Below, piece by piece: positions 42,485-48,432 of a DNA stretch of 48,432 bases. The DNA comes from Promethearchaeota archaeon Loki_b31 (lineage in GTDB: Archaea > Asgardarchaeota > Lokiarchaeia > Sigyniarchaeales > SOKP01): the NCBI GenBank assembly GCA_005222975.1, contig NJBI01000023.1:1-48432 (forward strand). The letters run 5' to 3'. Each line of letters begins with the position of its first letter. Position 1 is the stretch's first letter. The notes beneath the pieces are model-generated. The model had not been told where the DNA came from and made no database searches. It worked only from the letters and a program-made list of their open reading frames with translations. A program made the translations under genes and the position numbers.

Positions 42485-42831
42485 TTGACAAAACCTAATA
42501 CCTTTCTTATATTTTAATGATTTGTAATTTAATTAAAACTTTTTTTTATTTTATATTAGAACAGAAAATTTCAATCTTAAATTTAAAATAAATATTACAT
42601 TCTTTGGAGTCTTAATGATATTTGTGTAAAATAAATTAATAAATTTATTGAAATTACTAAAGGAAATTAAAAATAACCTAAATTGAAATGTGTAAGATAT
42701 AATTTAAATGCCCTCTTATATGAAATAACTTGAAAATTTATAATTGAGTTTGAATTAACTTTAAACAAGGATTACCGAAAAGTTAAACTTAACATTTTTT
42801 AATTATAAAAAATTCTAAAGAGCCATCAAAA

Positions 42832-45333
42832 ATGAGTGATCTAGATAATAAATCCAAAGTTAAGAAAGAAGGGCCAAAATATCATATAGCTGAACCTCAT
42901 CATTTATCTCCAAGGTCAAAGTGGTTAAGAGACTATTACTTTAAGGGTGTTGAGCGCGAATGGAACAATCAATACATGCCGTTTACTACAGGGACTGATT
43001 GGGATATGATATGGAACGAAACAGATTATTATGTCGCCCCCGAACTTCACTTCTACATTGGTAATAAGGGAAAGGGAGTTTTTGAGGGGTCTTTAAGATC
43101 CATGGCATTACCTGTTAAATTACCCGATAATTTCTGGGAGTTATCCTTACCCGAGCGTAGAATACGCTTTTTTGAAGAGGTTATACTTAATTATGTTCCT
43201 CAAGAAATTATTTCTGAGAACGATTTAATTGCAGGTGGTCGATTTAACACTCAACTAAGTAACTGTTTAACAAAAAAAGAAACTAAAAAATACTGGAAAA
43301 AGAATTTAAGTGTCCGACATAAATTTTATAAATTCCATAAGTCTGGATTCGGAAATTTGGGGGCTACGAGTGGTCATCTCATCCCAGATCACGAAACAAT
43401 AATTAACAAAGGCTTTAAGTACATTTACGAAAAAGCAGAAACACAATACGACCAATTAAACGAACGCGAGAAAAAGGGTCCTAAAGGTCAAGAATTACGA
43501 GCAATGATGAAAGCTGCGGAAGTCCCAAGAAAATTAGCGATGAAGTACGCCGAAGAATGTAGAGGGCTTAAAGAAACTGCGTCATCGTCAGAGAGAGTAG
43601 AAGAACTCGAACAAATGGCAAAAAATCTTGAAAAAGTCCCTTGGGAACCGGCAGAAACATTTTGGCAGGGAGTTCAAGCAATTTGGTTAACCCATATGTT
43701 AATCATGGCGGAAGAATCATATCCTGGGCCAGGTACCTCTTTTGGTCGGACAGATCTGCATCTTTGGCATTTGTATAAAAAAGATGTTGTTGATGAGAAA
43801 ACTATTTCAAAGGAGTTTGCGAAAGACATTTTAGGAAGTTTCTGGTTTCATTGCAACTCTGCGTACGATGCCCAAATCATAGTAGGAAAGCAAGGTATAA
43901 CTTCGTCCTTTGGACAATTGATGACGCTTAGTGGGTGCGGACCTAACGGGGAAGACTTAACCAACGAATTAACTTATACTATTTTGGAAGTCGTAGACGA
44001 ATGGTCACCTATTTTAGAACCAAAACCTAATGTTCGACTGCATCGAAATTCACCAGAGAAGTTATTGAATATTATAGTTGATATGGTGTCTCGATCGCAA
44101 GGAGCACCATTCCTCATAAATTTCGACGAAAGGAGCATTGCTGGAATGATAACAGAAGGAATCTCGCCCGAAGATGCTTGGGATTACGCTTGTGTTGGAT
44201 GCTTAGAAAATACGATGCAAGGAAACGATCGATCCGGTACTGTAAACTGCAACCCAAATTTAACAAAAAGCATTGAATTGACTCTTTGGAACGGAAAGAA
44301 TATGCCTGGCAATGATGTAGTTACTAAAACTGGACAACAGATAGGACCAAAAACGGGAAACCCTGATATCCTTCAGACTTGGGAAGATTTTTGGAACGCT
44401 TGGAAAAAACAAATTGAATTTCTTATTAAATATAGTGTAGATACATATAATTTAACCGAAGAACTTAGAGCTGAATTCTTTCCCACGCCATATTTATCCA
44501 CTTTAGTTCGAGGGTGTATTGAAAAAGGATTAGATATTAGAAGAGGCGGTCCTGAATTGAGGTTTATAACAGTCGAGGGTGTTGGATTCGCAACAACAGT
44601 CGATTCTTTACTAGCAATTAAGAAATTTGTCTACGATGATAATAAATACACAATTACTCAAATTAAGGATGCTCTCATTGACGACTTCGAGGGGAAAGAA
44701 TTTGCTGTTATCCAAACGATGTTAAAAAATAGAGCACCTAAATACGGAAATGATGTCGACGATGCTGACGAGCTGGCAAGAAAGATAATGAAAGTATGGT
44801 CTGACGAAACTTGGAAGTATAAAACGCCTACGAATTTTCAATTTAGACCTGGTATGTTATCTTGGAATTATTGGGCGGGTGCTGACGCTAGTTTTACAGT
44901 TGCTACCCCAAACGGCCGAAATAAGGGGACATTTCTGTCTAACGCAATTTGTCCTTCAAATGGAGCAGATCTTAAAGGACCAACCGCCGTAACAAATTCT
45001 GTAGGTGTGGTTCTGGGGGGTAAAACGGAAAGTGGAGAATATATTAATTACTTACCTAACGGAAGTAGTCATACGATTACTTTTAATCCAACAATACTGA
45101 AAAGCCCAGAACATAAAGAAAAATTTAAATCTTATTTGAAAGGTTATGTTGAAAATGGTGGTACATGCTTGCAAGTAAACATGCTTGATGTAGAAATGCT
45201 AAAAGACGCTCAAAAACATCCAGAAAATTATAATAATCTCTTAGTTCGAATTACGGGTTATAATGCTTACTTCAATGCTATAGGGAAAGAATTACAAAAC
45301 GAAATAATCGCTCGAGAATCACATCAGATTTAA
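42832..45333 (+). CDS. Glycyl radical enzyme (PFL2-like, substrate unknown)
   Basis: SFGR.D, Cys loop VGCLE, PKYGND, ATPNGR, Gly loop LLVRITGYNAYF. Confidence 0.92.
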   Translation: MSDLDNKSKVKKEGPKYHIAEPHHLSPRSKWLRDYYFKGVEREWNNQYMPFTTGTDWDMIWNETDYYVAPELHFYIGNKGKGVFEGSLRSMALPVKLPDNFWELSLPERRIRFFEEVILNYVPQEIISENDLIAGGRFNTQLSNCLTKKETKKYWKKNLSVRHKFYKFHKSGFGNLGATSGHLIPDHETIINKGFKYIYEKAETQYDQLNEREKKGPKGQELRAMMKAAEVPRKLAMKYAEECRGLKETASSSERVEELEQMAKNLEKVPWEPAETFWQGVQAIWLTHMLIMAEESYPGPGTSFGRTDLHLWHLYKKDVVDEKTISKEFAKDILGSFWFHCNSAYDAQIIVGKQGITSSFGQLMTLSGCGPNGEDLTNELTYTILEVVDEWSPILEPKPNVRLHRNSPEKLLNIIVDMVSRSQGAPFLINFDERSIAGMITEGISPEDAWDYACVGCLENTMQGNDRSGTVNCNPNLTKSIELTLWNGKNMPGNDVVTKTGQQIGPKTGNPDILQTWEDFWNAWKKQIEFLIKYSVDTYNLTEELRAEFFPTPYLSTLVRGCIEKGLDIRRGGPELRFITVEGVGFATTVDSLLAIKKFVYDDNKYTITQIKDALIDDFEGKEFAVIQTMLKNRAPKYGNDVDDADELARKIMKVWSDETWKYKTPTNFQFRPGMLSWNYWAGADASFTVATPNGRNKGTFLSNAICPSNGADLKGPTAVTNSVGVVLGGKTESGEYINYLPNGSSHTITFNPTILKSPEHKEKFKSYLKGYVENGGTCLQVNMLDVEMLKDAQKHPENYNNLLVRITGYNAYFNAIGKELQNEIIARESHQI

Positions 45334-45430
45334 ACATGCTTTTAAAAAATCTTTTAACCTTTATTTTATAGAATAAAAACTATGTTTTCAATAAAATTTT
45401 TTTAATTAAAATTTTAAAAATAAATTTTAT

Positions 45431-46720
45431 TTAAACTTCTAAGTTTTCTATTATTGTTGCTACGCCTTGTCCACCACCAACACAAGCATTAGCAATACCA
45501 TAATGAGCTTTTTTATCTTTTAAAATTCTCGCTAATGTTCCTGTTAATCGTACCATTGTTGATCCTAATGGGTGACCAATAGCCGTTGACCCTCCCATTA
45601 TGTTAACTTTATCTTCGGGAATATTAAATTTATCTATACAATTTAAAGCAACGATGCAAAAAGCCTCGTTAATTTCCCAGTATTCAATATCGTCAGCAGA
45701 CAATCCCGCATATTTTAACGCTTTTTGAGTTGCTGGAACTGGACCTCGCCCCATTACTGTAGGATCAACGCCCGCCCATCCAATTGATACAATTCTTGCC
45801 ATTGGTTCAATTCCTCTTTTCTTAGCCTCTTCAGCTTCCATAAGAACTGCTGCCGTTGCTCCCGCATTTAAGGGTGAAGAATTTCCAGCAGTAATAACGC
45901 CTTCCTCGGTGCCTTCTCTTTTTATATATCCTTGTTTTCCCCCATTTTTCTCTAAGAAAAAAGGTTGCGATATACGACGTAATTGAGATACTGCTTCTAA
46001 CGTAGATTTTCTTGCGTTCATATCTCTATCTATAATCATTTTCTCTTCAACATTGCCAGGAGCGTGCCCTTCAATTGGAATAATCTCACCTTTAAACCAT
46101 CCTTCTTCGTGATTCTTGACAGCTAAATTATGGCTTCTTACGCCAAACTTATCTAAATGTTCTTTAGTAAATATAGGAACTTCTTCTTCGTATAGTTTTT
46201 GGGCTGTTTGGAGCATGTTAAATGATGTTTGTAGATCTAAATCGGGTCTATAAAACATACTTTCCTTATCTTCTGTTGAATAATTACGATCTATCCCTAT
46301 CCCGCGAACGCGAGTCATGTGTTCAAACCCTGTGGTCAATACGCAATTACTATTTCCCGTCATGATTTCCATAATTCCGACATGCATCCCGGATCCTGCT
46401 GAAGCGCACTGTCTATCAATAAAAAACGACGGAACTTCATAAGGAAATCCTGCTAAGAACAGAGGACCACGGCCTCCATACGTCCAATTTTCCAATACTC
46501 CCGAAGCAACTCCTATTGATACTTCCTCTATGTCTTTTTTCTCTATTCCTTTTTCTGCTAATTTACCATCAAAAAATTTCATTAGTAATTCAGCGAGGAG
46601 TTCATCTCCTCTAATTTCACCAAAAACATCCCTTTCAGGTTGAGTTGGTCTTGAACGAGAAAATGCAGTACGGGCATAATCAATTAACCAAACTTCTTTC
46701 AATTTCAATTCACCATTCAA
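45431..46720 (-). CDS. Thiolase (acetyl-CoA C-acyltransferase)
   Basis: RQCAS, TAGNSS, NEAF, GHPLG, CVGGGQG. Confidence 0.93.
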   Translation of the reverse strand: MNGELKLKEVWLIDYARTAFSRSRPTQPERDVFGEIRGDELLAELLMKFFDGKLAEKGIEKKDIEEVSIGVASGVLENWTYGGRGPLFLAGFPYEVPSFFIDRQCASAGSGMHVGIMEIMTGNSNCVLTTGFEHMTRVRGIGIDRNYSTEDKESMFYRPDLDLQTSFNMLQTAQKLYEEEVPIFTKEHLDKFGVRSHNLAVKNHEEGWFKGEIIPIEGHAPGNVEEKMIIDRDMNARKSTLEAVSQLRRISQPFFLEKNGGKQGYIKREGTEEGVITAGNSSPLNAGATAAVLMEAEEAKKRGIEPMARIVSIGWAGVDPTVMGRGPVPATQKALKYAGLSADDIEYWEINEAFCIVALNCIDKFNIPEDKVNIMGGSTAIGHPLGSTMVRLTGTLARILKDKKAHYGIANACVGGGQGVATIIENLEV

Positions 46721-46772
46721 TTTTCAATAATATTTTATAATATAGAATTTTCAATAATATTTTATAATATAG
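46719..46772 (+). repeat. Perfect 27-bp tandem duplication in the divergent thiolase/SDR promoter region
   Basis: AATTTTCAATAATATTTTATAATATAG x2. Confidence 0.92.
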
Positions 46773-46818
46773 AAGAAATATTTTAATTTTTATTAGGATA
46801 AAACTAATTAAATAAAAA

Positions 46819-47772
46819 GTGAAATTAAAATTGGGAATGTTAAGTGGTAAAGTCGCCATTATAACCGGCGCTGGTCGGGGTGTTGGTCGAGAAGAAGCTT
46901 TAGCTATGGCTAAGGAAGGATGTAATTTGATCTTAAATGATCTCGGAGCAGGAGCCGCTGATTTAGATAAAGAGATGAAAATTGCTGATGAGATTGTGGA
47001 AGAATGTAGAAAGATTGGGGTAAAAGCGATTGCAAATTACGATTCTGTGGTCGATTACAACAAAACTAAAAGTATGATCGACCAGGCGATCTCAGAATTT
47101 GGTAAATTAGATATTGTTGTGAATAACGCAGGGATTTTACGCGATAGAATGATTTTTAACACGACGGAAGCTGAATTTGACGATGTTATCGCAGTTCATT
47201 TAAAAGGAACTTTTAACTTAACCCGACATGCGGCAGTTTATTTTAGAAAAATGGGAAAAGAAAATCCTAAACTAAAGAATTTTGGCAGAATTATTAACAC
47301 ATCATCCGATTCTGGATTGTATGGGAATGTAGGGCAATCGAACTATGGTGCTGCTAAATCCGGAATTGCTACTTTCTCAGTAATAGTAGCACGTGAGTTA
47401 GTTAAATATGCTACTGTAAATTGTGTCGTTCCAAGCGCCAGAACTCGCATGACTACTGATTTAGCTCCAAATTTAGCTGAAAAGATGAAAACTCAAACTA
47501 AAAAAGGTTTTGACATTTTTAACCCGTCTCATTTTGCACCTTTAGTTGTATACCTTGCATCCGATGCTGCTAAAAATATTAACGGAGAAGTTTTTAAAGC
47601 CATAGGTGATAGTGTTTGGGTCTATCGTGGATGGCGCGCTGTTAAAATGATAAATAACAATGGGATTCCTTTTACACCTCAAGAATTGGACGATCGAGTT
47701 AAATCAGAACTAATGAAAGATTTGCCATCAAAAATCGAGGGTGCTGTATCTCATGACACCTTACTAAGTTAA
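46819..47772 (+). CDS. SDR oxidoreductase (3-hydroxyacyl-CoA dehydrogenase/MFE-2-like)
   Basis: TGAGRGVG, NDLG, NNAGILRD, YGAAK. Confidence 0.92.
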   Translation: MKLKLGMLSGKVAIITGAGRGVGREEALAMAKEGCNLILNDLGAGAADLDKEMKIADEIVEECRKIGVKAIANYDSVVDYNKTKSMIDQAISEFGKLDIVVNNAGILRDRMIFNTTEAEFDDVIAVHLKGTFNLTRHAAVYFRKMGKENPKLKNFGRIINTSSDSGLYGNVGQSNYGAAKSGIATFSVIVARELVKYATVNCVVPSARTRMTTDLAPNLAEKMKTQTKKGFDIFNPSHFAPLVVYLASDAAKNINGEVFKAIGDSVWVYRGWRAVKMINNNGIPFTPQELDDRVKSELMKDLPSKIEGAVSHDTLLS

Positions 47773-47881
47773 TATTTTAAAATTTGATAAAATTTTATTA
47801 ACACTTTGAAATAACATTTAATAAAATTAAATTAGCTCCAATAATTTTTTTATTTAAAATTAAGCTTAAAATCAATATATT

Positions 47882-48432
47882 ATGGCAGAATCTAAAGCTC
47901 TAATTTTCCAGATTCAAAAAATGTCCACTGAAGATGGACCTGGTATTAGAACAACGGTTTTTTTTAAACAGTGTCCATTAAATTGTATATGGTGCCACAA
48001 TCCCGAATCTATTCTAAAAAATAAGCAATTAGAGTGGTTCAAACATAAATGTATAGGTTGTAAGATCTGCATTGAAACATGCCAGAAGGGAGCATTAACC
48101 CTCGATGAGGACGGGATGCATATCGACAGAGATAAATGTGATAGTTGTGGATTGTGCTCAGAAGAATGCCCTAGTACTGCGTTACATATGTTTGGAGAAT
48201 TATGGGATTTAGAGGATTTATATTACGAAATTCAAAAAGATAAAGTATATTACACCCAATCTCATGGCGGTATTACTGTTTCAGGTGGCGAACCTACGCT
48301 CCAACTTGATTTTTTATTAGACTTTTTGAAGAAGTGTAAAGAAAACGGGATTTCAACGGCATTAGACACGTGTGGATACGCTTCCAAGAATATATATGAA
48401 AAATTATTGCTCTTTGTTGACTTAATACTCCT
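47882..48432 (+). CDS. Glycyl-radical activating enzyme (radical SAM with 2x[4Fe-4S] insert), partial at window end
   Basis: Manual translation: MAESKALIFQIQKMSTEDGPGIRTTVFFKQCPLNCIWCHNPE...CIGCKIC...CDSCGLC...GGITVSGGEP...DTCG. Confidence 0.93.
   Translation, partial: MAESKALIFQIQKMSTEDGPGIRTTVFFKQCPLNCIWCHNPESILKNKQLEWFKHKCIGCKICIETCQKGALTLDEDGMHIDRDKCDSCGLCSEECPSTALHMFGELWDLEDLYYEIQKDKVYYTQSHGGITVSGGEPTLQLDFLLDFLKKCKENGISTALDTCGYASKNIYEKLLLFVDLIL

Noticed and set aside
42832-45333. Pyruvate formate-lyase or alkyl/benzylsuccinate synthase call
   Set aside because: Lacks the adjacent Cys-Cys pair of PFL; no small subunits or other support for fumarate addition.

Overview
AT-rich archaeal chromosomal window, most likely from an Asgard archaeon (Lokiarchaeia-like). 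This assignment is inferred from Cdc6/Orc1, an archaeal RadA, GGTGA-type ribosome-binding sites, TrmB-like and zinc-ribbon proteins, and fermentative enzymes. Layout: (1) 1-4252, four LURP-one/scramblase-like paralogs (one a pseudogene) beside an archaetidylserine synthase-like gene; (2) 4310-9310, a TrmB-wHTH/coiled-coil/PLD-fold protein divergent from two tandem paralogs with vWA + PHD/RINGv-like (C4HC3) finger + zinc ribbon; (3) 9.5-17.1 kb, EamA, HypB, methyltransferase, tyrosine phenol-lyase and a corrinoid/methyltransferase pair; (4) 17.4-22.2 kb, a decaying patch with a 5'-truncated radA split by a 31-nt insertion, unannotated microproteins and pseudogenes; (5) 22-37 kb, housekeeping and metabolic genes (PiT/DUF47, purA, GIFT/IFT52-like, abfD, TldD/PmbA and others); (6) 37.5-41.4 kb, cdc6, an Xer recombinase with an upstream palindrome, and two toxin-antitoxin pairs; (7) trxB, a glycyl radical enzyme, thiolase, SDR and a partial GRE activase. 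The best candidates for new biology are the vWA-PHD pair with its TrmB-like partner, the radA insertion whose ends fit bulge-helix-bulge splicing geometry (a possible mRNA intron), and the scramblase-like cluster next to pssA. No rRNA, tRNA or CRISPR array was recognised. All family calls come from reading motifs by eye, not from database searches.
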